Source: Bdellovibrionota bacterium (GTDB lineage Bacteria; Bdellovibrionota_C; UBA2361; JBIKUX01). Taken from it: DNA of 64,000 nucleotides. Shown here in pieces: positions 1-9,374 of this stretch. The DNA lies in assembly GCA_044347345.1 (NCBI GenBank), contig JBIKUX010000014.1, forward strand, positions 1 through 64,000. Reading direction: 5' to 3'. Numbering within the stretch: position 1 is the stretch's first letter; every line of letters starts with the position of its first letter. A program made the position numbers and the translations under genes. The notes below the pieces were generated by a model, which made no database searches, was not told the origin of the DNA, and saw only the letters and a program-made list of their open reading frames with translations.

Positions 1-1472
1 ATCTTTTTAAGTTTTGCGACAATATCATCATCTAAGGCTTTCTTAGTTTTTAACTCTTCTAAAACATTTGGAAACTTCTTAGCTAAATGATCATGTAAAG
101 CAACTTCAAATTCACACAAAGAATCAAGGGGAGTAGAGTCAAGTAAGCCAGAAGTAACAGCAAAAATTGATATTATTTGCAGTTCAACGGGAAGAGGACG
201 GTACTGCGGTTGTTTAAGAATCTCAACAAGCCTCTCACCCTTTGCAAGCTGAGCCTGTGTTGCAGAATCGAGATCTGAACCAAATTGAGAAAACGCTTGT
301 TTTTCTCGAAATTGAGCTAAGTCTAACCTAAGAGTACCTGCAACTTTTTTCATTCCTTTTACTTGTGCCGCTCCCCCTACTCGAGAAACAGAGAGCCCCA
401 CGTTAACTGCTGGACGAATCCCCGCGTTAAACAAATCAGCTTCAAGATATATTTGCCCATCAGTTATCGAAATAACATTGGTCGGTACATAAGCCGAAAC
501 GTCACCTTCAAGAGTTTCGATTATTGGAAGTGCTGTCAGAGATCCAGCCCCAAGCTCATCGCTAAGCTTAGCCGCCCGTTCAAGCAATCGAGAATGCAGA
601 TAAAATACATCACCAGGATAAGCCTCTCTTCCAGGAGGACGACGAAGCAATAAAGACACTGAACGATATGCAACTGCGTGTTTAGACAAATCATCATACA
701 CAATCAGTGCATGCTGACCTTGCTCCATAAAATATTCACCTATTGAGCAACCAGTATACGGAGCTAGAAATGCTAAGGGAGCTGGCTCAGAGGCGGTAGC
801 CGCTACAACAATCGTATGATCCATGGCTCCGTGTTCACGAAGCTTTTCTACTACTTGAGCAACGCTAGAGCGCTTCTGCCCAATTGCTACATAGATACAT
901 ACAACCCCATTACCTTTTTGGTTAATTATTGTATCTAAAGCTACGGCCGTTTTACCTGTCTTCTTATCACCAATTATAAGCTCTCTCTGACCGCGCCCGA
1001 CTGGAGTCATGGCATCTATTGCTTTAATCCCAGTCTGCATAGGCTCATGCACTGATTTTCTTTTTACAATGCCAGGAGCCTTAATCTCAAGCCTACGAAC
1101 AGTATCAGAACGAATTTCACCTTTGCCATCTATAGGTTCGCCTAAAGCGTTCACTACTCGCCCAATAAGCGCACTACCAACTGGTACCTCGGCAATTTTA
1201 CGAGTTCGACGAATTGAATCTCCTTCGCGAACTTTATCGGTGTCACCCATTATGACTATACCAACATTGTCCTCTTCGAGATTAAGGGCTATTCCAGCGA
1301 TTCCAGAAGAGCCTATGTCAACCAATTCCCCCTGAGCTACTTTAGAAAGTCCGTAAGCTCTACAGATACCATCTCCTACGGAAATTACTGTACCAATTTC
1401 TTGCAACTCTTCGCGGGGAGTAAAATTAGCAATCTTACTCTTTAAAATTTCACTGATTTCTTCCGCCTTCAT
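1..1472 (-). CDS. atpA: F1 ATP synthase subunit alpha (3' end runs off the window)
   Basis: Not in the ORF track; translated by hand from ATG at 1472: [82 protein letters not shown]. Confidence 0.98.
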   Translation of the reverse strand, partial: MKAEEISEILKSKIANFTPREELQEIGTVISVGDGICRAYGLSKVAQGELVDIGSSGIAGIALNLEEDNVGIVIMGDTDKVREGDSIRRTRKIAEVPVGSALIGRVVNALGEPIDGKGEIRSDTVRRLEIKAPGIVKRKSVHEPMQTGIKAIDAMTPVGRGQRELIIGDKKTGKTAVALDTIINQKGNGVVCIYVAIGQKRSSVAQVVEKLREHGAMDHTIVVAATASEPAPLAFLAPYTGCSIGEYFMEQGQHALIVYDDLSKHAVAYRSVSLLLRRPPGREAYPGDVFYLHSRLLERAAKLSDELGAGSLTALPIIETLEGDVSAYVPTNVISITDGQIYLEADLFNAGIRPAVNVGLSVSRVGGAAQVKGMKKVAGTLRLDLAQFREKQAFSQFGSDLDSATQAQLAKGERLVEILKQPQYRPLPVELQIISIFAVTSGLLDSTPLDSLCEFEVALHDHLAKKFPNVLEELKTKKALDDDIVAKLKK

Positions 1473-1489
1473 CTTTCTTCCGCCTTCGT
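1456..1489 (-). repeat. 17-bp tandem duplication of the atpA start
   Basis: Minus strand reads ACGAAGGCGGAAGAAAG ATGAAGGCGGAAGAAAT. Confidence 0.85.
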
Positions 1490-1766
1490 ATCTCTTCTAC
1501 TTTCATTAAACTTGTTGACTCTTTTTATAATAAAAGTAATTACCTGTTATCTATGCTTCTGAAGCTCTCAATTACTAGGTTTATTTATTAACCTACCTGC
1601 ATTATTTTTTTATGCTCAATAGATTAAAGCAAGAGTATCCTTAGATACATCAAAATGAGCTGGTGCTAGTGTACTATTAAATTATTTATCTACAAATAAT
1701 TTAGCTCAATTTATTTTAAATTTTATCCACCATTACCTCTCATACATAAAGCATATAAGACTCCGG

Positions 1767-2321
1767 TTAAGCCATTGCTTGTTGTAATTGCCTTAAATTT
1801 TCCCGAATCGAAAGATCTAATACCTGATTATCTAACTGGATTACTATACCTCCAAGAAGATCTTTATCATGACGCCAATCAAAAACCGCATCTTTTTGCA
1901 GTGCTTTTCGTATTTGTTCCTCAATTGCTAATTTGTCATTAGGTGCTAAAACAAATGATGATGATATAAGTAAATGCTTTATGTTTCGTTGCTCAGCACA
2001 TAAGCGGGATAACTCGTGACAAATCTCTGGAAGCAACAACCCACGCCTATTACTGAGAATGGTTGATAAAAAACGCTCTAAATAAATAGCCTCTTCTGAC
2101 GTGATTACTATCCCCATTCTACGAACCTCACTAGCAAGCAAGGCCATGAATGCATTCACTAAATTATCTAGCGAGACTGATGGAGAAGAAACAACAGACC
2201 TAACCTCAGAACTTTCTTTTACGATCTCAGCTAGTCCCTCCAGAGCAGGGATAAAAGCCTCAACTCTTTGTATATCTACCAAGGTAAACAATGCTTCTGC
2301 GTAATTCCTTGCAAGCTTCAT
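1767..2321 (-). CDS. atpH: ATP synthase subunit delta
   Basis: MKLARNYAEALF N-terminus and DKDLLGGIVIQLDNQVLDLS C-terminus; lies between atpF and atpA; start moved to ATG 2321 after an AGGGGA SD. Confidence 0.92.
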   Translation of the reverse strand: MKLARNYAEALFTLVDIQRVEAFIPALEGLAEIVKESSEVRSVVSSPSVSLDNLVNAFMALLASEVRRMGIVITSEEAIYLERFLSTILSNRRGLLLPEICHELSRLCAEQRNIKHLLISSSFVLAPNDKLAIEEQIRKALQKDAVFDWRHDKDLLGGIVIQLDNQVLDLSIRENLRQLQQAMA

Positions 2322-2331
2322 TACTAATCCC

Positions 2332-2970
2332 CTAATCCTGAGATGATGACACTGTAACTGCATTAGCAAGAACAGCTGAATTTTTTGAGATATTTTCTAG
2401 TATTCTACTGACATCTACATCGTAGGTGTGCTTCTGGCGAATCATGTCTTCTAGTTGCGATACCATCCCCTTTATAGCATCTGCTTTTATACTTTTTAAA
2501 AGCGCTCTCTCTTCACTTTCAACTTGCTGACGAGCTCTTGCAATTATATGCTGAGCGCGCCTTTCAGCATCAGAATTTATTCGGACAGCTTCTTGTTCAG
2601 CTATATGATTACAATGAATTACAACTTCTTCAGCTAACGCTTCTTTATTCTCAAAATTGTAGCGAGCTCTATCAAATCTTTCTTTCGCCAAATTAAATTC
2701 TTCTTTGGCTTTTTGCACATTAGACCGTACTGAATCTGCTCGTTTCAAAAAAATCTCAGCAAGAGGTTTTTTTAAAAAATACACCAGCAACACAACGTAT
2801 ACAGTAAAATTAACCCAAGGAACCAAGAGAGAATGACTTGCTGCCTCATGACCGTTTCCTGAGACAGCAACACTTAAAAGGGGAGTAACTGCTGTAAACA
2901 CTACGCAGCTAACAAAAAACTTTAATAATAACGATAGTTTTCTAGACGTGCAGTCTTTATCCACTTCCAT
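2332..2970 (-). CDS. atpF: ATP synthase Fo subunit b
   Basis: WVNFTVYVVLLVYFLKKPL..KRADSV TM helix followed by a coiled coil; operon position. Confidence 0.85.
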   Translation of the reverse strand: MEVDKDCTSRKLSLLLKFFVSCVVFTAVTPLLSVAVSGNGHEAASHSLLVPWVNFTVYVVLLVYFLKKPLAEIFLKRADSVRSNVQKAKEEFNLAKERFDRARYNFENKEALAEEVVIHCNHIAEQEAVRINSDAERRAQHIIARARQQVESEERALLKSIKADAIKGMVSQLEDMIRQKHTYDVDVSRILENISKNSAVLANAVTVSSSQD

Positions 2971-3019
2971 AAAATAAAACTAACTAAATTAATCTTTAGG
3001 TCAGAATCTGACTCGTAGT

Positions 3020-3490
3020 CTAATTAAACAACTTTGAGAAGGCATCATCAACTAACTTTGGCATATTAGCTGAGCAACTTTGACGAGCGATATCAGCTAC
3101 CTGATGTAAATCAGTTTTAGCCTCTCTCACAATAGATTCTGCAAGTATTTCCGCCTTAGATATTATTCCGTTGGCTTGCTCTCGGGCGGCCAGAACCCGT
3201 CTTAGAGCCTGCTTACTGCCTTCTATTTGAGCTAGAGCTAGCCGTTCTTTTACAAGCTCTTCAAATTCATTGGCTTTTAAGTTCAATGACTGGGCGTTAG
3301 CTAAGGCACCAGTAGTTTTATCCTCACGAGCCTCAACTAAATCACGAAAAGGACCAAAAAGACATTTAGACAATAAAGCGGCAAGAAGAAACGCAAAAAG
3401 AAAACCAAATGCTATATAAGGTAATTCACTCGGAACTAATGAAAAATAGGAAAGAATATCACTCATCGCGGAAAAATCCCAATGCTTCAT
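3020..3490 (-). CDS. ATP synthase Fo subunit b'
   Basis: One TM helix, then LFGPFRDLVEARE and an Ala-rich coiled coil; directly upstream of atpF. Confidence 0.8.
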   Translation of the reverse strand: MKHWDFSAMSDILSYFSLVPSELPYIAFGFLFAFLLAALLSKCLFGPFRDLVEAREDKTTGALANAQSLNLKANEFEELVKERLALAQIEGSKQALRRVLAAREQANGIISKAEILAESIVREAKTDLHQVADIARQSCSANMPKLVDDAFSKLFN

Positions 3491-3657
3491 CTAAACATGG
3501 TTATTTTTATTTATTTTGATGAGCTTTTACTTTTTTTAATTAAAGTATCCTCATCAAATATAAAACAAATCATGCTTAATCTATCTTACTTGCTTGGGAT
3601 TTACGAGCGTTACAAAATATTTTTTACTTAGCTTCTGCTAAATACTCTCATCATAAA

Positions 3658-4197
3658 TTATTTTATCGAAACAGCAGCTTTTTCAGGGGCACTCGCTCTA
3701 TTCGGTAATAGTTTTAGATCTGCATTACCTGCTGATGGCATAGTACACTGCCCTTCAAATATAGCTCCTTCTTCCATGCTTATCGTTGCACACTGAACGT
3801 TACCGAAGATTCGAGCAGTACGGTGCAAAGCTAATCTTTTTGAAGCTACGATGTCTCCGGAAACTGTTCCTTTAACAATGATCTCACTCCCACTAATTTT
3901 GGCATTGACGTTAGCGGAATCACCAATAATAAGCCTTTCGGTTGTCTCAATTTCTCCTTCAACAGTTCCATCAAGCTCTACAGCACCTGTAAAGCTTAAC
4001 TTTCCGACTATTTTCGAATTTTTACCTAAAAAAGCTTCTAGTTTTGGGGCACCCGCAGGAGAGTGAGATGTTGTGGACATATTAGATCCAGTCGATACGG
4101 AAGTGGTAGGAGGCGTAACGGAAGTCGGAGCGGCTGCGTTTGCAATTGAAGAAATTGCTGCTTCTGGTGTATCGGTAAGTTTTTTTGTAAAAGACAT
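3658..4197 (-). CDS. Bactofilin (polymer-forming cytoskeletal protein)
   Basis: FLGKNSKIVGKLSFTGAVELDGTVEGEI..IFGNVQCATISMEEGAIFEGQC beta-helix with disordered termini. Confidence 0.93.
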   Translation of the reverse strand: MSFTKKLTDTPEAAISSIANAAAPTSVTPPTTSVSTGSNMSTTSHSPAGAPKLEAFLGKNSKIVGKLSFTGAVELDGTVEGEIETTERLIIGDSANVNAKISGSEIIVKGTVSGDIVASKRLALHRTARIFGNVQCATISMEEGAIFEGQCTMPSAGNADLKLLPNRASAPEKAAVSIK

Positions 4198-4363
4198 GTC
4201 CGCCGTCCCTTTAGAGTATGTTCTGTACTTAATTTTTTGATGCTTTTTTCGGCATCTATCTGTAGATCTAAAGACCCTTTACCCTATGACGACAGTTTTC
4301 ACTCAATAGATACAAAGATTTTTGGTTTAAACGATTAAAGTTACAAATATTTAACGTTATTTA

Positions 4364-5443
4364 CTACCATTCACTACCCACAATTTTATCTACTATTCCA
4401 TCTAACTCTGAATCCGAGAAATATTCTATCTCAATAGTTCCTCGTCCTTCCTCACGAGTGATGATACTTACTTTGGTTCCTAGAGCATTTCTTAATCTAT
4501 CAACAACTGCAGAGTATGGAGATAAAGTTTTCATCGTTGCAGAGGATGTACGGGCTCTTTTTCCAGCAGGAATAGTTTCTCGAGATTCAAGCACTTTTGC
4601 TCTTGCGACCATCTGTTCTAATTCTCTCACAGATAGGCCATCCTCAATTACCTTAGCAGCGAGATTACTCTGGGCAATTTCATCTTTTACAGAAAGCAAC
4701 ACCTTAGCGTGCCCCAATGGTAGTTTACCATTTTCTATAAGGGTCATTAGGTCTAAGGGTAGTTTTAATAACCTTAATGAATTTGCTACTGTAGCACGGT
4801 TCTTTCCAACTGCTTCAGCAACCTCTTCTTGAGTGAGGTCAAATCGTTCCATTAAATAGTGATAACCTCTGGCTTCTTCAATCGGAGAAAGCTGCGATCT
4901 CTGTAAATTTTCAATTAAAGCTATTTCTACTGTTTCTTTTTCTGAAAGCTCTTTGACTATTACCGGTACTTCTTTTAGTCCAGCTTCAACAGCAGCTCTC
5001 CATCTTCTTTCTCCGGCCACAATTTCATAACGACCACTAATATATCTTACTAGAATTGGCTGAAGGAGTCCGTAGGCTCTAATCGATTCAGCTAGCTCTG
5101 TTAATTCATCTTTATTAAAAAGCTTCCTTGGTTGATTAGGATTGGGCTGAACTTGCTCTACCTGCAATACTTTAACGACACTCACTGATTCGGTAGATTT
5201 AGGGGAATCACGCTCAGGATCAAAATTTAATAAATTTCTAGACTGCTGGGGTATTAATGTATTGGGAGACAATGTATGAGAAGTCAACTCACTAGCCTCA
5301 TACTCTTGAGTGTTACTCTTTCTATCAATAGTGGAATCAACATCCCTGATAATTGGCTGTTCTGCAGGTACTAAACTAACTAAAGCTTTTAGACCTCTAC
5401 CCAGAGCGTTTCTAGAACCTACTCTTTTTACAGACGAAGCCAT
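4364..5443 (-). CDS. parB: Chromosome partitioning protein ParB/Spo0J
   Basis: LGRGLKAL, PNPNQPR, GLLQPILVR, IVAGERRWRAA, ALIENLQR and an HTH. Confidence 0.98.
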   Translation of the reverse strand: MASSVKRVGSRNALGRGLKALVSLVPAEQPIIRDVDSTIDRKSNTQEYEASELTSHTLSPNTLIPQQSRNLLNFDPERDSPKSTESVSVVKVLQVEQVQPNPNQPRKLFNKDELTELAESIRAYGLLQPILVRYISGRYEIVAGERRWRAAVEAGLKEVPVIVKELSEKETVEIALIENLQRSQLSPIEEARGYHYLMERFDLTQEEVAEAVGKNRATVANSLRLLKLPLDLMTLIENGKLPLGHAKVLLSVKDEIAQSNLAAKVIEDGLSVRELEQMVARAKVLESRETIPAGKRARTSSATMKTLSPYSAVVDRLRNALGTKVSIITREEGRGTIEIEYFSDSELDGIVDKIVGSEW

Positions 5444-5473
5444 CTATTCCTCTCTACTTTTATAACGATTTCA

Positions 5474-5497
5474 AAAATGTTCCACGTGGAACATTTT
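5474..5497. promoter_or_regulatory. parS centromere site (TGTTCCACGTGGAACA, 5478..5493) inside a 24-bp perfect palindrome
   Basis: AAAA-TGTTCCACGTGGAACA-TTTT matches the bacterial parS consensus; sits in the parA-parB spacer. Confidence 0.95.
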
Positions 5498-5502
5498 CAT
5501 TC

Positions 5503-6288
5503 TTAACCTACCGCTTCTCTCTGTTGCCCTTCGAGCCTAACAAGTAATTCAACCGCAGCCTCACCATACGCGTAAGCACCTGGTGAGTTTTTATCATAAT
5601 AACGGATAGGCTTTCCAAACCCCGGAGCCTCAGAAAGACGAATATTTCTGGGGATTTTTGCCTCAAAAACTTTATCTCCGAAGTACTCTCGAGCCTCAGA
5701 TTCTATCTGAGCCGCTAGATTCGTTCTACCATCAAACATAGTCAAAAGAACACCAGCTATTTCGAGAGTTCGATTAAAAGTACCTTGCACAAAATCTAAG
5801 GTTTCCATAAGTTGCGATAGCCCCTCTAATGCATAGTATTCAGCTTGAAGAGGAATAAGAACATGAGATGCGGCACCAAGAGCGTTTAAGGTAAGGAGCC
5901 CATTTGATGGAGGGCAATCAATCAAAATATAATCGAATCGGGCTGCCACTCGAGCTAAACTACCCTTTAGGATCAATTCGCGACCAGCTTTTTTCCCCAG
6001 CTCTAATTCCAAACTAACAAGATCTTTGGAGCCTGGCACAACAAAAACTCCGTCAAAGGGACAAGGCAAAATCAAACTATCCAGAGGTACATTGCCAATA
6101 AAGACATCATATAAGTCAGTATCTCCGCACTTTTCAACTGACAAGCCACTAGTTGCACTAGCTTGAGGGTCACAATCAATTACCAAAACCTGCCGATTCA
6201 TTCGAGCGATTTCACTCGCGATATTCACTACGGTAGTTGTTTTCCCAACGCCCCCTTTCTGATTAACAATAGCAATTATTTTAGTCAC
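5503..6288 (-). CDS. parA: Chromosome partitioning ATPase ParA/Soj
   Basis: NQKGGVGKTTT deviant Walker A, IDCDPQ, IDCPP, QAEYYALEG, IPRNIRLSEAP; GTG start at 6288 after GGAG. Confidence 0.97.
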   Translation of the reverse strand: MTKIIAIVNQKGGVGKTTTVVNIASEIARMNRQVLVIDCDPQASATSGLSVEKCGDTDLYDVFIGNVPLDSLILPCPFDGVFVVPGSKDLVSLELELGKKAGRELILKGSLARVAARFDYILIDCPPSNGLLTLNALGAASHVLIPLQAEYYALEGLSQLMETLDFVQGTFNRTLEIAGVLLTMFDGRTNLAAQIESEAREYFGDKVFEAKIPRNIRLSEAPGFGKPIRYYDKNSPGAYAYGEAAVELLVRLEGQQREAVG

Positions 6289-6469
6289 CGTAGAGCTCCA
6301 AAACCATCGTCTCAAAAATTATCTAATTATATGAAATAGTGCGAATCGTTGAATCGATCCCATTTTTATAAATTCAACAGCCTACCGAAAAACCCTACCG
6401 TCACACTAAACTGTTAATTTTTATCATACGAAACTTATAGCTAAAAAGCACCGTAAACCTGAATCTCTC

Positions 6470-7606
6470 TCACGAAAAAGATCTATCTCTTATTACTTTA
6501 AAGGCTGCCAAAGTTTCTCTTACATGAACAATATCTTTTTCACCTACACCTAAATTAACAATAAACCGCAGGCGCCCGGGTAATTGAGAAACATAAATGC
6601 CTCGGTCAAATAAAAATTTATGACATTGAGTAAGCTCTTCTCGAGACGAAAATACAAGGTCTATTATCGGAACCCGTGGATCTCCGTGAACTTCATATCC
6701 CTCAATTATGGCTGTTGTATACAATTCTCTAGCTAACTCACGACAAATTGAACGAGCTGTCACTGCTCCTTCTACAACCTCTGCTACAGCTAAAGCAAAT
6801 AAGCTAAGTATAGGAGGGGTAGCAACTTCTACAGAAGTCGTATGAGATGACTGAGCAATTTTTTCAATAAAGCTGGACTTACCTGCAACTACGGCACCAT
6901 ATCCTCCAAATCCTCGCCCTAAACTGGCGATAATTGTTGGAGCAGATTTAATTATTTGAGCATCATCAAGGCCTCCCGCCCCCCTAACGCCTAAAATCCC
7001 AAGAGACGAAGATTCATCTACACACAATTCTGCTCGATGGAAAGAACACAACTGATGAAGAGCCGCAAGATCCGGAAGGCTAAGCCTATCGTCTGCCAAT
7101 GACTCTATAAAAACAACCAGCGAGGAATATCCGTGACCACGAACCACTCCTAAAGCTGAAGCCAGAAGATCCAACCGATCGAAAACAAATTCTCGAGATT
7201 CTACTCCTAAAAGTAACGCAATGTCTGAGATTAAGGGAAACGAAGATTTTTCGCAAAATAGTACTCCACCACCAGCTAACATAACTCCAAGAGCTGAGGT
7301 GAGAGCCTGCGGACGAGAAGAAAAAAGCAATGATGTTTCAGTGAGTAAAAACTGAGCTAACCTAGCCTCACAATTCTGGTGAGCATATGTGGTACCACCC
7401 CAAGCTCTGGATGAACATGAACCGACCCCACTTGCCGCTACTTCACTTTGAATGTAACGAATAACACTCGCATTTTCATTTAATCCGAGGATATCCCAGT
7501 TCGCAAAATCAACAAATGTTCTATTGCCAATAATAATTCGCCCCTTACATCGCCTAGCAGGAGCAAACGCCCACCTCGGATATGGATAAGAAGAGGAAGA
7601 GATCAT
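6470..7606 (-). CDS. Alpha-oxoamine synthase (BioF/Kbl)-like fold-type I protein with degenerate PLP site
   Basis: DFANWDILGL, GVGSCSSR, VDESSSLGILGVRGAG and SLGRGFG align with AOS motifs, but the catalytic Lys and His are replaced. Confidence 0.8.
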   Translation of the reverse strand: MISSSSYPYPRWAFAPARRCKGRIIIGNRTFVDFANWDILGLNENASVIRYIQSEVAASGVGSCSSRAWGGTTYAHQNCEARLAQFLLTETSLLFSSRPQALTSALGVMLAGGGVLFCEKSSFPLISDIALLLGVESREFVFDRLDLLASALGVVRGHGYSSLVVFIESLADDRLSLPDLAALHQLCSFHRAELCVDESSSLGILGVRGAGGLDDAQIIKSAPTIIASLGRGFGGYGAVVAGKSSFIEKIAQSSHTTSVEVATPPILSLFALAVAEVVEGAVTARSICRELARELYTTAIIEGYEVHGDPRVPIIDLVFSSREELTQCHKFLFDRGIYVSQLPGRLRFIVNLGVGEKDIVHVRETLAAFKVIRDRSFS

Positions 7607-8728
7607 AGCTCCCGAACTTCCTCCCAGCCTCTTATTCCTAATCTTAAATTAGACTGAATAAACTCATCTATATCACCGTCCAAAACATCGTTAACAGATG
7701 AAGTCTCAACATTAGTCCGCAAATCCTTAACCATTTGATAAGGTTGTAATACGTACGACCTTATTTGACTGCCAAAATCTATTTTCTTTCGCTCACCCTT
7801 GATTTCCTCAAGGCGATCAGATCGCTTCTGTTGTTCCAATTCAAATAATTTTGCTTTAAGGAGCTTCATTGCTCGAGCTTTATTTTTATGCTGCGAACGT
7901 TCGCTTTGACATGCAACTACAATGCCTGTCGGAATATGCGTTATCCGCACAGCGGAATCAGTTTTGTTTACGTGCTGGCCTCCCGCCCCTGAAGAACGAT
8001 AAGTGTCTATTCTAAGCTCAGTTTCATCAATAACGACATCTATACTATCCTCAATATCAGGAGTAACCGTTACCGAAGCAAATGAGGTATGCCTACGCGC
8101 ATTTGAATCAAATGGTGATATACGAACAAGCCTATGAACCCCTTGCTCTCCTCTAAGGTAACCGTAGACCCATTCGCCAGAAATTAGCAGTGTAGCACTC
8201 TTAACTCCTGCGACTTCACCATCCTGCCAATCTAACACTTCTACGCTAAATCCTCGTCTTTCAGACCATCGCACGTACATTCGAACAAGCATCTGTCCCC
8301 AATCCTGAGCATCAACACCACCAGCACCAGAATTTATCTCAACTATAGCTGCCTCACGATCAAACTCACCTCTCATCGTTGCACGAATTGAAGCATCACT
8401 GATTGCTAATTTCAGCTTTCTTAGCAAAATCTGAGCTTCTTGCTCCAGTTCTAAATCCCGTTCTTGTTGAAGAAGTAGTATAGTAGTTTCAAGCTCGCGC
8501 TTAAGCGATTCAATCTCACTGTACTTAAGCAGATCACCTTTTATGCCGGCGATACGACGAAGTGTAGATTTGGCGTTATCTGCATCATTCCAAAAGTTAG
8601 CCGCTTGAGATGCTGCTTCAAGCTCCTCTAATTCATCTTGCTTAGCTTTTGGGTCAAAGATACCTCCCCAGAGCAGAGACCTGCTCTGAAAGTATAACAA
8701 GCTCAGCCGATACTTCCTCTAACTGCAT
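7603..8728 (-). CDS. prfB: Peptide chain release factor 2, join(8657..8728,7603..8655) via programmed +1 frameshift
   Basis: ATG 8728 gives MQLEEVSAELVILSEQVSALGRYL, then CTT-TGA-C; the downstream frame carries SPF and GGQ motifs. Confidence 0.98.
8653..8669 (-). promoter_or_regulatory. RF2 autoregulatory frameshift cassette
   Basis: GGGGAGG-TAT-CTT-TGA-C: internal SD 3 nt upstream of the CTTTGAC shift site. Confidence 0.97.
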
Positions 8729-8767
8729 GATTAATACCTATATAACTCTATTTATAAGCTTAAAATC

Positions 8768-9373
8768 TTACCGTAATAGCTCTGTTTTAATCCAACTCAT
8801 TTGATTATCATTATCATCTAAACTCGACTGCGTAAGTAATGATTGCTCAATTAATCGCATTTTTCTGGCTTCATCTTCTGACACGTTTTCGTGATCAAAT
8901 CCCAGAAGATGCAAAAAACCGTGAACTAATAACCTTTTTAGTTCATCAACATCTTCAACTCCAAATTCAGTTGCTTGCAATCTTGCAGTATCTACAGAAA
9001 TTACTATGTCACCGAGATATAGCACACCGTTAACTATGCCTTGAATATATTCTGATTTTAATTCTTCAGACTCAAACAAAGGAAATGAAAGAACATCAGT
9101 CGGCAAATCCTTTGCTCTATATTGCATGTTTAAGCTACGAATCTCTTCATCATTAACAAAGATAACATTTGAGACTATCTCTGAAAGTTTAGGCGTTACC
9201 CTAATTCCTTGTGGCATTAAATGACACCACTCACACTCAATTCCTGCCGCACACTTAATTAAAAATCCCTGAATTAAGGGTTCTTCAACGAGCAAATTAA
9301 GCCTTAACTTTTCAGACTCACTTGCAAGTTCAAATACCCATTTTAATTTTTTTTTGTGTATATTTTCCGTCAC
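8768..9373 (-). CDS. ybeY: rRNA maturation endoribonuclease YbeY with N-terminal extension
   Basis: LNMQYRAKDLPTDVLSFP, LGDIVIS, HGFLHLLGFDH. Confidence 0.95.
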   Translation of the reverse strand: MTENIHKKKLKWVFELASESEKLRLNLLVEEPLIQGFLIKCAAGIECEWCHLMPQGIRVTPKLSEIVSNVIFVNDEEIRSLNMQYRAKDLPTDVLSFPLFESEELKSEYIQGIVNGVLYLGDIVISVDTARLQATEFGVEDVDELKRLLVHGFLHLLGFDHENVSEDEARKMRLIEQSLLTQSSLDDNDNQMSWIKTELLR

Positions 9374-9374
9374 T

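Noticed and set aside
363-1335. Plus-strand ORFs 363..653 and 1009..1335, and the other short antisense or nested ORFs in the track
   Set aside because: They are shadows of atpA and other well-supported genes and show no independent motifs.
1473-1766. AT-rich spacer as oriC
   Set aside because: Only one near-consensus DnaA box, it lies inside the atp operon, and there is no dnaA/dnaN nearby.
7603-8700. ORF-track start for RF2 (MLYFQSR..), or prfB as a pseudogene
   Set aside because: The true start is ATG 8728 in another frame, joined by the canonical CTT-TGA-C frameshift.
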